From assembly GCF_001194135.2 (NCBI RefSeq), contig NC_068999.1:54728940-54792939 (forward strand): a stretch of 64,000 bases of DNA, in the 5' to 3' direction. Below are positions 25,142 through 38,270 of this stretch, piece after piece. The notes under the pieces were generated by a model. The model searched no databases. It had not been told where the DNA came from and was given only the letters and a program-made list of their open reading frames with translations. A program made the translations under genes and the position numbers. The number at the start of each line of letters is the position of its first letter. Position 1 is the stretch's first letter. The stretch is from Octopus bimaculoides. Its lineage: Eukaryota.

Positions 25142-26424
25142 GTGAAATTAGATAGATGGAAACTGTACAGAAGCCTATCATACAGATAGTTGTTCTGGGG
25201 TGTTAGACTTAATCGATTACCTAGTTTAAAATCACCATCTGACCTTTGAGTGCCTTTAGTGATGTCCACTCTGTTGTAAGCATTCAAACTAGGTGTCTAG
25301 CCTAAGGATAACTATCTTTCTTCCTCCTATCAGCCATCAAGGCCCTGAAAAAGTCGCAGTTGCTAACCTTCCCATTCAGACTAAGTCACATACGGTCGAT
25401 ACCTGGAACCTAGGAACATCGAAGACGATCTGGTCGGTTTTTTTCAGTTAGAAAGTGAATCAAGTGTCATGCTGAGTGCCAGGAGTACACAGAACAGCAT
25501 ACAATTATGTAATGTTCCTCCCCTTCATTCATCTTCAACAAAGCAATGGTTCCATCAAACTTTTAATGTCTATTATATATTTACTAAACCATTTATAAAT
25601 TTGAAGAAATCATAGAAGCATGTTCCTTGAACTGGAAAACATCTGAAATTGGCAATTAAATGGAAGTGCTGGGCTATCAGTGAATGATGAATGCAGCAGT
25701 TATTAAACGACAAGGTAATAGCATGTATTTTACATTTACACCTTTCTTTAATTGACCAATTTGAAGATATTTCGTCCAAGATAGTCTATTGTCAGAGGGG
25801 CCAGCTTGGTATGTAAGTAAGTAATTTTCCCATGTTTAATGCGATAATTACAGACTGATCACATCTTAGAAACTTAATAATTACCAATGGATTAAGTTTA
25901 TTGATTCTGTGTATTGGAAGGGAAATTGTTACTTGATATATAAATATATATAGAGAATGTAGGAACAGAAACTTTTAAAGAACAGAGATAGAGAAACATG
26001 CACAGCCACTACAAAAATATTGGAATTGATAACATTTTGTTTAACACATTTCAACCTTTTGGGGGTTAATGAAATAAGTAACAGCTGAGCACTGGGGTCA
26101 ATGTAATTGACTAGGCCCTTCCCCAAAAGAATTTCAGGACTCCTGTCTATAGTAGAAAAAATAATTAATGTGGCAAGCGGGCAGAATTGTTACAAATGCT
26201 GGACAAAACACTTAGTGGTGTTTTTTCCAGCTCTTTACATTCTGAGTTCAAATTCAAATCCACTGAGGTCAACTTAGCCTTCCATGTTTTCAGGAATGAT
26301 AAAATAAAATACCAGTCAAGAACTGGGGTCGAAGGAACCAACTAACCCCTCACCCTTCACCTCCACCAAAATTTTAGGCTTTGTGCCTATAGCAGAAAAA
26401 ATTATTATTGTCATGTTCCCTTGT

Positions 26425-26913
26425 CTGGCAGCCTTAGCAAAAGAGGTTGTGTAGTGAACCAGATTGAAAGGGCTGAAGACAGATACTTTCCTCTTTGGCC
26501 AAGCTCCGATCAACTTTTTCAAGTTTCACCTGAAAAGGAAACTGAGGGTGGAGGAAGGAGTGCCCCCTCCCCCCAGCAATTTTATTAAAAGGTGGGTGAC
26601 TGTGGCAAGAATGATCCGAGTGAACAGAGCTACTCTAAACATGCGCCTGTAGATGATGTGGAGAGGGCACTTGCTCTCGTGGTTAGAGCCTCCATGGTTT
26701 TGTGGAGTTTCCACAAGCAGCCCTAGGGAGCCTCCCGCTTCTGGGGAATGATTTTTTGTTAAAATTTATATTTTTGTAAATTTTTACTTTTTTTACATGC
26801 TTTTTATGTAACCCCACATTATATTGTCCGGTACCATTGCCAACATTTTTTGTGAACCCTTAGTGGTTAATGAAGAAAACATTATTACTACTATAATTAT
26901 TATTATTATTATT
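26425..26913 (+). mobile_element. 3' end of an L1/Tx1-like LINE (ORF2 C-terminus, 3'UTR, (ATT)n tail)
   Basis: LKGLKTDTFLFGQAPINFFKFHLKRKLRVEEG...FIKRWVTVARMIRVNRATLNMRL*, then a T-rich UTR and an (ATT)n tail. Clade assignment is from memory. Confidence 0.55.
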
Positions 26914-27201
26914 TAGTCATTTACTGTATTTGATGGCATAAAAGACACATGGTTATATAGAAACACACCCCAATTTCAGCACCCTATATTCATGAAAATA
27001 TTTTTTAGTGCATTATTAAAGCATGTAATATAGGTCCAACTTCACATAAAGGACCAGGGTTGATTTTTTGAGACTTTAAAAAAAAAAAAAAAAAAAAAAA
27101 AAACAAGCGAGTTTTATACCATCAAATGCTGCAAATCTGAAAGCCATTAAGCCAAGGATTTGATATACACACAAATATATATAAATGGTGTGTGTATGTG
27201 T

Positions 27202-27245
<44 letters not shown>

Positions 27246-27488
27246 TAGTGAGTGTTATTCATAATACCACATCATATGTTTAGAGTAACAAGTGTAAGAA
27301 AAAGGGAATTTATTGAAATGAAGCATTCATGTTTGTTTATTTTGTTTTTTTTTGTTTTGCTATTGTTTTTTGTAGAAGAGACAAAATTTAAAGCTTGCTT
27401 GTTATCAGTTTAATGGTAACTACATCTGAGGAGAACTGATTCTTTTGAAGTTTCCTAGTTCTAACGATCTGGTTAATGNNNNNNNNNN

Positions 27489-27599
<111 letters not shown>

Positions 27600-27644
27600 C
27601 ATACATACATATATTATAGATATATATGCATACATACATATATA

Positions 27645-27675
<31 letters not shown>

Positions 27676-28159
27676 GTATATACATAGACATATATATATA
27701 CATACGTATATATATATATATATACATACATACATATATAATATATATACATATACATACATATACATACATATATATGTATATACATACATATATATAT
27801 ATACATACATACATACATATATAATATATATACTAAAACACACACACACACACACACACGCAGTCGTCAAATGATAGCTAATACACTCTTCCCATAAACT
27901 AATTTCCCTTAAGAGCACAAAATTTACATAAACAGTGACCAAAGAACTTACTGCCAATTTAATATTAAAACACATAATACAGCATATTCAATGAAACCAC
28001 AGGAGAAACTAAATGCAGACATGGCTGTGTGGTAAGAAGTTTCTTTCCCAACCACATGATCTCAGGTTCAGTCCTACTACATGACTCCTTGAGCAAGTAT
28101 CTTCTATAACCTTTGGCTGTGCGAGTGGATTTGATGGACAAAGACTGAAAGAAGCTTGT

Positions 28160-28198
<39 letters not shown>

Positions 28199-28345
28199 TG
28201 AACTGTTAATCCCTACACACTTTTTTCTCTCTCTGTTTTTTTTCCCCCTCTCATCTTTTCTGTTGAAAAGCCAGGCTCAAAACATCAAAGACTTTTCTAT
28301 TCTTCCCGAGCATCAAACTAATACACCTGCTGATTGTTCCCTCAC

Positions 28346-28362
28346 CTGTTGTCTTTTGTTTT
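28346..28362 (-). CDS. Candidate 17-nt microexon (KTKDN|R when entered in phase 0)
   Basis: ttcaaatttacag|AAAACAAAAGACAACAG|gtgagg; strong donor; phase 0 in and phase 2 out joins the 34.1 kb exon to the 19.0 kb exon in frame. Confidence 0.3.
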
Positions 28363-29198
28363 CTGTAAATTTGAACTATATATATATGTTTGTGCTTGTC
28401 CCCCACCACCAATTGACAACCAGTGTTGGTTTGCTTACAGCCCTGTAAATTAGCAGTTCAGCAAAAAGAGATTGAATAGGTTACCAGGCTTAAAAACATA
28501 AGTACCGAGGTCGATTTGCTCGACAAAACCATTCAAGTTGGTGCCCCTGCATAGCTGCAGTCCAATGACTGAACCAAGTGAAAGGTAAAAGAAATCCAGA
28601 GACCCTTCTTTTATAGTGTATGGTTAGTTGGGTGTGAGAGGGTGGCAGCACCACTATACACAGCGCCAGATAAATCCCATGGGAAAAACGGATATAATCG
28701 TTAGGAGTTGTTTAAAAGGGAAGTTTAATAATATTTAAATAGCTGGTGATTGTTGCTTAACCCCAGGCCAACTTTGAGCAATAGACCTATGACCAAAAAA
28801 TTCCAGTCATGACTACCCTATTTTAGGTATTCTGAATTACTTATCCAATATGCAATTAATTTTTTTTTTCTCTTTTAAATGTCAGGGTGTGATTTGAGGG
28901 GAACTTGGTTGCTGTTTTTAGCATGTCCAACAACCAACAAGAAGCTTCTTTAACTCAAGAACAACTGAGGTTTAGGTATGAAGGGGAACAGCTGACATAA
29001 GCTTGAGTGCGTTTGTGTGTGCATACATAAAAAACAGTGAAAGGTGTGTGTGAGAGAGAGAGAGTGTGTGTACAGATGATTGTCTATGTTGTGTAAAAGA
29101 GAGTAAGGGTAGATGTGTACATGTACATGATACAATTTGTATGTTTATGATTGTGTGTCTATATCTATGTGAAAGAATAACAATGTGTGAGTGTGTGT

Positions 29199-29234
<36 letters not shown>

Positions 29235-30576
29235 TTGAGATTATTATCATTTTACCATCCACTTTCTGATACATGCATGGGTCCAATAGAATTTATTGAG
29301 GCAATGTTTTTGGCAAGATGCCCTTCCTATCACCAACATTTACCTATTTTCAAGCAAAGTAATATTTCCTCTATGGCCAGATATGATTTTATAGAATAAT
29401 TAAAACAATCATGTGATGTCAAGACAAGGATACACACATACACCACCAGCTTCTTTCAGTTTCTGTCTACTAAATCCACTCGTAAGGCTTTTGTTGGCCT
29501 GGAGCTATAGTAAAAGACACTTGCCCAAGGTGCTATGAACCTGGAATCATGTGGCTGGGACGCAAACATGTTTTTATAGCAAACATAATGACACTGCCTA
29601 TGTGGTGTCATTTTACATTCCATGAAAACACTTTCAAGACATGAAAGGGCAAGAAACACACAAACACACACACTACACAAACGATGAGCCTCTATTCAGT
29701 TTCTGTCAACAAATTTAACTCGCAAAATTTTGGTTAACTTGAGGCTATAGTAGGCTGACACTTGCTCACAGTCCTACACAGAAGGAACGAAGCCAAAATC
29801 ACATGGGTGCAAAGCAATCTTTTTAAACCACACGGCTATGCCTGTGACTTACACACACACACACACAGATCTACACCATTTATCTTTTAGCTGTTTCAGT
29901 CATTTCAGGCATTCTCCTTTGTTGAACTGCTAAGTTACAGGGACGTAAACTCACCAACACCAGTTGTTAAGCAGTAGTGTGGGGGGGGGGGGACAAACAC
30001 AGACAGACACAGACACATATATGATGAACTTCTTTCAGTTTCCATCCACCAAATCCACTCACAAGGCTTTGGTTGGCTTGGGGCTATAGTAGAAGGCACT
30101 TGCCCAAGGTACCATGCAAAGGGACTGAACCCAGAACCATGTGATTGGGAAGCAAGTGTCTTACCACACAGCTGTGTGTGTGTGTGTGTGTGTGTGATTT
30201 GACAATATAAGCATCAGTATGGGCCAGCAAAGAGCAACAGGTCCCAGTGGAAATGACAAATCAGACATCTATCACTTTCTGTGAGACTGTTATATTAACA
30301 CTACAGAGCACTCACCATGATAATGGCTGCATTTATGTTCGCAATAATATATGCATGCATGTAAGTACGTATTTTAACATTATTTAACCCTGGGTTAACC
30401 TTAGTCAAGCAGACCTAAGATTAATGACATTTTGGTCCTGACTATCTTGCCTGTTTGTATACTCGAAGCAACACCAAGACAGTAGTGCGTGATTTGGTTG
30501 CTATTTCTAGCTAGTCAATTGATATTGTAGAGACTCCCTCAATGACTTAAGCAGATACTCCCTATCTGGCTCAAGC

Positions 30577-30622
<46 letters not shown>

Positions 30623-30832
30623 GTATATGTATATATATATATATTGTGTGTGTGGATGTGAGAATTTGTGTACACAAAGCTACTTCTGCCCTTATTAGAA
30701 CCCTTTCGACAACCAAATATAAATAAAAGGAAAGCAAGAGAAATATATATAAGAGAGAGAAAGAGAGAGAGAGGAGGAAAGAAAGAAAAAGAGAGGGAAA
30801 GAGAATGGGAAAGCCCCCAAAGTTGGTACTAC

Positions 30833-30963
30833 CTCATGTTGTTGTGTAACTCCTTATTGCCCGAAATCCAACAAATCCTATGCACAGCTGTGCTGACGCA
30901 GGACAGGCACCATTTAGTTGCAGCTGCCGTTTTGTACCGTTGTTGGCAATGCTGTGTTGCCAT
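30833..30963 (-). CDS. Candidate alternative first exon MATQHCQQRYKTAAATKWCLSCVSTAVHRICWISGNKELHNNM|R (phase 2)
   Basis: 43 codons +2 nt, open; CpG-containing unique sequence after a long TC-rich leader; donor GAG|gtagta is weak. Confidence 0.25.
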
Positions 30964-30978
30964 TCAATAGCCACAGTT

Positions 30979-31017
<39 letters not shown>

Positions 31018-31411
31018 GAGAGAAGGGGAGGTAGGACATAAAGGCAAGAATAAAAAGGGAGTATGTAGAGTATACGGGTGGAAGAAAAAGGTGGTGAGAA
31101 AGAGAGGGACAAACGAGTCACCAATGAGAGAGAGAGAGAGAGAAGGCAGTGGTCATAGGTGAGAAAGAGAGAAATGTAGAGAGAATGAATGGGAGAGAAA
31201 AACAGGAAGAGGGAGAGAGAGAGAGTGAGAGAGAGAGAGAGAGAGTGAGAGAGAGAGAAAAGAATGCTTGGTGAAGAAAGAAAGGAGACAGAAAAATAAA
31301 AATAAAATAACGAAGGAAGAACAGCATAGAGAAAAATAATCAATCGATAGCTGGATGTGGGTGGTGAGTAGTAGTGGCAGTGATGATGGCAAAAGAGAGG
31401 GTGGTTGGTCT

Positions 31412-31442
<31 letters not shown>

Positions 31443-31489
31443 GGTGGTGGTGGTGGTGGTAATAGTAAGTGTTCTTTCCACTGCACAAG

Positions 31490-31560
31490 TTGCATCAAAC
31501 CAATCAGAATTTCAGCCGAGACGGAAATTTCAGAGACACACAATTATTGGTTGGATCCAA
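31490..31560. promoter_or_regulatory. Pair of inverted CCAAT boxes (NF-Y-type)
   Basis: aaaCCAATcag at 31500-31504 and ATTGGttgg at 31546-31550, with CpGs between them. Confidence 0.35.
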
Positions 31561-34117
31561 ACAACAAAGAGAGAAAAGTAACAACAACCACAGCAGTAGT
31601 TCGATGATGGAACTTACATGTAACTGCTTGACCTGTTAGAAATAGCAGCCAAACTTTCCTCAAATTACACTCTGCCACTTTATAAAGAGGAAGTTCTTGT
31701 TGGGGAACATAGTGTGAAGACATTGATATCCTGTGTCTGAGGAAACAAATTGTGAGCGGTGGTGGTGGTGGTGGTGGTGGTGGTGAGGGGTCACCACCTT
31801 TGGTTATAGATTTACTTAAGTAATAGGGAGGGTGCGCGATCAAAAGAACAACAACAGTATCTACACCCATAACCACAACATCCGTTTTAAACAGAAATGC
31901 AACATCCACAACTTCTACTGCAACAATTACAAGAACAGTTACCAAGCACAGTAACAACCATAAGTGTAACTGATACAGCTGCAACAGTAGGAACATCAGC
32001 AAGACAAAAAGAAAAACCGAAAAGACCAAGATCAGAAAGAAACAAATAGAGAGAGTGAGAGTGAGAATGAGAGAGAAGAGCTAGAAAATATAAGAAAAGT
32101 AAAAAGTTATGATTATGACATTGATGATGTAATATGGTGGAATTAATCCATAAATGGATTTGACGATAGCAGAGAAGATGAGAGACAATGACTGTGGTCC
32201 AAGAGAGAAAAAGTGGGGATAAAAGAGAGGAGAGAGAGAGAGATTGAAGTTGTGATCCATGAAGAGAGGGTGGGGATTAAGGGAGGAGGAGGGGCAGACT
32301 AGAGGACTGTGGGGGTAATGAGGGAGGAGCAGGGAGAGAACTGCAGGACAGAATTGATCCTTAAGAAGGGAAGTGCGGGGGGGGGGGAGTGGAATTAAAA
32401 GACTGTGAGATGATGTACAGTGTAGAGATATTGAATCTAAGAGAACAACAATACTGCAACCACATACCAACAAACACGCATACAGATAGCAACACACACG
32501 CACACAGATACATGCACAAATATCACCACACACACACACACAAATATCAATACATTCACCAACACACCATGCTATATGATAAAGGGTATGGTGGTAGTGG
32601 GGGTACTGGTGGCTTAGATGGTGAATGTGGGGGGGGGGTGAGATGTCCAGATGATAGTGGCAGTAGTAGTAGTAGTGTTGGGTGTTTGTGTTTGTGGGTA
32701 GTAGTGGTGGTGCTAGGGTTAGTGATAGGGGTATAGGATATGATGAAAGTGCTAGTGGTGGTGAGTGGGATGCTGTGGTGGGGTGGTGGTACTGGGATGT
32801 CTAAATACTTCATCAAATCAATACAGTTAAGCATCCCCAGTAAAGACTGGTTGATCATCAAATTAAATTACATTCTAAAGCAACCACATCAAATCTCATA
32901 TCAATGACATCAATTCCCTAGTATATTACAGCTATTTTCTGCATTGGCTATATCTGTTCCTCTTCCTTCACCAGCCTATGATTACTGTAATTAAATACAA
33001 TTAGAGAAAACTGTCATATTGTAAACCTGTTAAACCCACATAAGCATGGAACAATACATCTTAAAGTGATATGATGATGATGATGATGATAGCAAGGCAA
33101 TGACAATGGTAATGAAGATGATGATGATGATGATCATCGACAGTAATGAGAATATTAAGAGGAAAGGAGAGACAATGACAACAACAATAGCAATGATGTT
33201 GATGTTGGCACTAGTCAGAGGAAGGCTAAAGATGACAGCAATGACACCACTGCTGCCATCTGATGATAATAATTAGAACAACAACAACAACGATGATGAT
33301 GATAATGATAAAAGCAACAACTATACAGGAGGAGGAGGAGGCCACCGCCACCACCACCACCACCACCACAACTACTACAGTCAGCTTTTAATATCTGTCA
33401 ATAGTGGGGTCGATGAATTAAGTACCAGTTGCCCACTGGGGTTCATCTAATCAACTTCCCCCCCATCACCACCAAAAAAATTTCAGGCCTCATGCTTAGA
33501 GTAGAAAAGAATATCTGTCAATAGTTCAGCCACACTGCTAGATCTATTCCCCATTACAACATCCAACAGATGATGTTCACAGCATCTTAGATATCCAGAC
33601 CTTTATTTAACCATTCAATTGTGCAAACATGTTTAACAGTGGGTAGCTGCAGACAATAGATCCATAATATTGTGAAGTTCCTTTAACCAAATTCCTATGA
33701 AATTAAATATGTGAGAGTAAAAAGGTCACAAAACTTAAAATAAATGAATAAATTCAGGAGTAATAAGTGAAGCCTACCTAGTGGTTCCAAGAGAAACCAT
33801 GTGGCATAGTTTCTCAGTAAGGTTTTAAACTAGCTAAGCCTGACACAATCTGGGATGCCATTTAAAATAACAATATATGAGTCAGATGAAGGATAATAGG
33901 AGGAGAGGGGGAAACAACCATTGAAGATGGAAGGCATATAAAAAAAAATCAATCTCCAATTTGTTTATTGTGAGGAAATATTTCTAATAAATGTCAGCTG
34001 ACAATATGGTGTGCGTTACCAAGTAGTTACAGGAACACTGCTCTGAACATTGCCCACTGTCCTCTCTACATTTTCACCTACATTTCCATCAGCCTGTCTG
34101 CCTACCTACGTACTTAC

Positions 34118-34191
34118 TTACATACATCTTCCTGTCTTGGGTTTTCAGTTCTTGATGTCATTGTGGCACACTGCATTATATTGGAGTCCAT
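34118..34191 (-). CDS. Candidate alternative first exon MDSNIMQCATMTSRTENPRQED with three tandem donors
   Basis: Follows CA/TC repeats on the minus strand; ATG at 34191; donors GAT|gtatgt (phase 0), TAT|gtaagt (phase 1), TAA|gtaagt (phase 2), spaced 4 nt apart. Confidence 0.35.
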
Positions 34192-34269
34192 CCCCACTCA
34201 GGTCAGACCATAGCTGATTTCTTTGGAGAGAGAGAGGGAGAGGGAGAGGGAGAGAGAGAGAGAGAGAGA

Positions 34270-34313
<44 letters not shown>

Positions 34314-36946
34314 GTAAGGGATAACAGCCAGAGTAATTGTGAAAATCCCATCTTTGTATAATTCAAAGTTAAGGAGCTTGTTCTCTAATTTTTTTTTATA
34401 ACTGTTCGGTGTGATATCAGGGAGATTTAGCTGTTATTTCCAGCAAGTTGAGAGGCCACACAGAAATTCCCTCATTGGCTTCATGTTAAGTAGATGTAAC
34501 ATCTTAGTATTACGACAAAATAAAATTAAAAAAATTTTTTAAATGAAGCAATTTCTTAAATAGTCATGATGAATGTTTAAATACAAGAGTCAAAGTATTT
34601 TACTGCCAATGGACAATTAGTGAACTCCATGGCTCTAAAATGGAAACCATTCCAGTCTTTACAGTCTTGATGTTATTTATATGACTATTTCCTAGATAGA
34701 TTAAAATTGGAACACAAAAGCATCTGGTTTCCCTTAACTACTACATTTTAATATCAGTTCAAATTCACTGTTTCTATAAATGCAGAAAATAATGGTAGCA
34801 GCTGTAGTTTTAATGCCACTATCTCCTTTCCTTCAATATTTTGTGATGATTTAATCAGTCAGCTGTCTTGTTTAATTTGGCTAAAATTCAAAATATCAGA
34901 CATTAATTTTAAGAATGCCATGTTACTATCTCTTTTGACAGCCCTCTGCTTTTTTTAACATTTCATTATCATAATAATTATCATTATCATTATTATTTTT
35001 AAGGTGGCGAGCTGGAAGAATTGTTAGCACACCAGGCAAAATGCTTCGTGGCATTTCATCCGTCTATGATCTGTGTTCAAATTTCACCGAGGTTGACTTT
35101 GCCTTTCATCTTTTCAGGGTCAATAAAAGAAGTGCTAGTTGAGCCCTGGGCTCAATGTACTCAACTTCCCTCCTGCCCTGAAATTACTAGCCTCATACCA
35201 AGGAAGGGTCGATTAGATCTGTCCTAGTGCTGGACTGGTAGATTATTTCATCAACACTTAGAAAAGTAAAAGGCAAAGTCGATCAAAAATAACTGTTTCT
35301 CATATAGGCAAAAGTTCAGTAGTTTGAGGATTGGTTGATTATATCAATCCAATACTTATTTGGTCTTCTGATCCTCTTAGAACACAAGAAGAAATAGGTG
35401 ATGCAGAGAATCACACGGGAGAAGAGAGAAGCAATGATTTTTAGCTTTAAAATACGACAAAACAATATAAACGATCACCTTTTATTAAATTGTACTTTAC
35501 TATCTTAAATAGAATGGCATATTGAATAACATATCCTGAAACAGAACGTACAGTCATTTACTTCATCAATCGCAAAAGGACTAAAGGCCAGGTTGGCTCA
35601 GTAATAATAAGTGTTTCTAACAAATGGACAAGCTCTAGGATCTGAATTCAGATTGTAGAGCTAGAATGAATATGGCAAAGCATTTTCCCCAATGCTCTAT
35701 AACGATTCCGCCAATCTATATTGCCTTTAACCCTTTAGCATTCAGATTTCTCTGTCAAATGTAATGCCCACTTATTCACACTGATATAAGTTAGTCATGC
35801 CTTACTTTGTAGCTTTGAGATTTCAATGATGTGATTGTTTATTTTCAGAATAATATTGTAGTTAAGTGAGAGGCCGGATGTGGCCAGTTTAAATACTAAA
35901 GGGTTAATAGTTGTTTCTAACATAAGTAGGACTGAAGTGTTTGGGGGAGAGGAGATAGTCAATTACATTGACTCTAGTCCTTTATTTTATTGACCCCTAA
36001 AGATGAAAGACCAAGTTGATCTAATAATTGTTTCAAATTTTGAGACAAAACCAGCAATGTTTTTTTTTGGGGGGGGGCTACTCATTTACATTAAATCCAC
36101 TGCTCATCTGGTATTTATTTTATCAACCCCAAAATAATTATTTCAATTTTTTGCCTCAAGGGCATCTTGGGGTAGGTGGGGATGAGTCGGTTACATTGAC
36201 CCCAGTGTTTAACTGGTACTTATTTTATCCACCTCAAAAGGACGAAAGGCAAAGTTGACCTTGGTAGAATTTGGGCTCAGAACGTAGCGACAGTTGAAAT
36301 GCTGCTAAGCATTTCTTCCAGCATGCTAAGGATTCTGCCAGCTCGCCGCCTTATCAATCCCAAAATAACGAAAGGCAAAGATGATGTTGGTGGCATATGA
36401 ACTCAGAATGTAAAGACCCAAGAGAAATGCTGCTAAGCATTTTGTCCAACTCGCTAATAATTCTGCCAGCTCACCACTTTCACTAGATCCAATAATAGCA
36501 ATGTTTTCTGGCAATGAGATTGGGGAGACAGAGGATAGTCAATTTCATCATTTCCCTCCCTCCCCCCTTCCTCCCCAACAATCGACTGATATTTAGTTTA
36601 TTGATTCTGGAAAGATGAAAAGAAAAGTTGAATGATAACAATAAAAAGTGTTTCTAACTTAGGCACAAGGCCAGCATTTTTGAAGGGAGAGGGTCAGTCG
36701 ATACCATTCACTCTAGTACTTGACTGGGACTTTATTGTAGTGACCCCACCCCCATAGGGATGGAAAGTAAAGTTGACCTTGTTGCAATCTGAACCTACAA
36801 CAACAGTCATCAGAAATACAAGGCATTTTGTCTGATTATTCTAACAACTTTACCGATCCACTGCTCTTATAACAACAATAATAATTATCAAGAAAACTAT
36901 GGTAAAATTTTATAAGCCTTTCTAGGAACCAGAAGATAATCTTTAC

Positions 36947-36982
36947 CAAAGAGTTTAAAAGGGTTTTCCAGTGATGTGGGTC
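36947..36982 (-). CDS. Candidate 36-nt symmetric (phase 1-1) mini-exon GPTSLENPFKLF|G
   Basis: actgtttcag|GACCCACATC...CTCTTTG|gtaaag; stop-free; acceptor only moderate. Confidence 0.22.
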
Positions 36983-37883
36983 CTGAAACAGTTTTTGTCA
37001 ATTGTTCAAGCTACGAAGTAGTGGCACACACACACACATAGACTCACTGGGTTTCTTTTTAAAACTTGAATATCTAGTGAAGCCAATATTCCCAATTAGT
37101 AGTTTTTTAGTGTTTTTTTTTTTTATATGATAATAGAAATAAATGAAAACCTGACCAAGAATGTTTTTTTCTTTTGCTTTGTTTTGTTTTTAGTAAAAGG
37201 AGGGCAGTGGACAAACATTACACATCACACACCAGAGTTAATTAGAAATTCAGAGAAAGCAATTGAGGTGATGGTAGTGGGTGGAGTATCCATAGAGGAG
37301 ACTAGTAGGTGGTCAACAAACAAGCAGTGGCTCATTAGTATATATTGTGAAATAGCTGAATGATAATGAGATAACAAGTCAATAATGGAAAATACTCTCC
37401 TAACATCACACCCTATCCTGTCTTAACGTCCGCAATGCTATATTTAGCATATCATATGGAATCTATACAGTATAGTGTAGTGTAAGCTTTCTACTCTTTT
37501 CCCCTGATGTATTAATTCATAGCTCTGAAATTGCTCATGTATAATTAGATATATTTATTTATTCTGGGTCAGATTAAAAGCAATAGTTATGATGATGGTG
37601 GTGGTAGTGGTGGTGGTGGTGCAACTGGTACTGCTAGTTGCAGTAATGGCTGCAGTGATGGTAGTATTGCTAGTAATGTTTTCAAGATTTCACTGTATTT
37701 TACTTTGGAGAAATCTTTCCACATACTTGCTGCGAAATGGCTGCCATTTCTTAAAGAGGATGGCAAGCAAAGTAAAGAGTCCAGCTGAAGGATATTAGAA
37801 AATTCCTGCAGAACAATATCAGACCAAAGTGACTTGCTTGTTTCGTATCATTTGGTAATGGCATAATTCAGCTTATTTTCTCA

Positions 37884-38112
37884 TTAACCCTTTTGTTACT
37901 GTATTTAATTTGAGATGTGCTGTTTTTCTCTCAATTATTTAAAATATAACAAAGAATTTAGTAAAATAACTTGGTTATCATTAAGCTAGTGTTAGGAACA
38001 TTAATTGTGACTAAAGTTTGGTGGAAGATTTTAATTCAAAACTTATGAAAACAAGACATTTGTACTACAGAGCCAGAGCTGGCTTCAGCTGGGTTGGTAT
38101 CAAAAGGGTTAA
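37884..38112. mobile_element. piggyBac-type MITE (family 1), full length
   Basis: TTAA flanks; TIRs ttaacccttttgttac / gtatcaaaagggttaa. Related fragments near 41180-41370 and 42340-42520. Confidence 0.75.
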
Positions 38113-38129
38113 GCAAAGAATGTTAGATT

Positions 38130-38270
38130 CACCAGCTCAGCAGCTGTGATAGAGATACAAGCTATGTGAATCTGATAGACACCATCTCAACAGTTGTGGT
38201 CAGAGATACAAGCTCAGTAGCCATGGATACAAGCTCAGTGGCTGTGGACATCAGTTCAGCAGTTATGGTA
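38130..38270. repeat. Degenerate 21-bp tandem repeat (gatacaagctcagtagccatg)
   Basis: Three clear units at 38205-38267 plus two decayed units upstream. Confidence 0.65.

Noticed and set aside
31897-32049. 50-aa plus ORF MQHPQLLLQQLQEQLPSTVTT...KEKPKRPRSERNK
   Set aside because: Derived from decayed (ACA/CAA)n low-complexity sequence; no usable splice donor before the stop.
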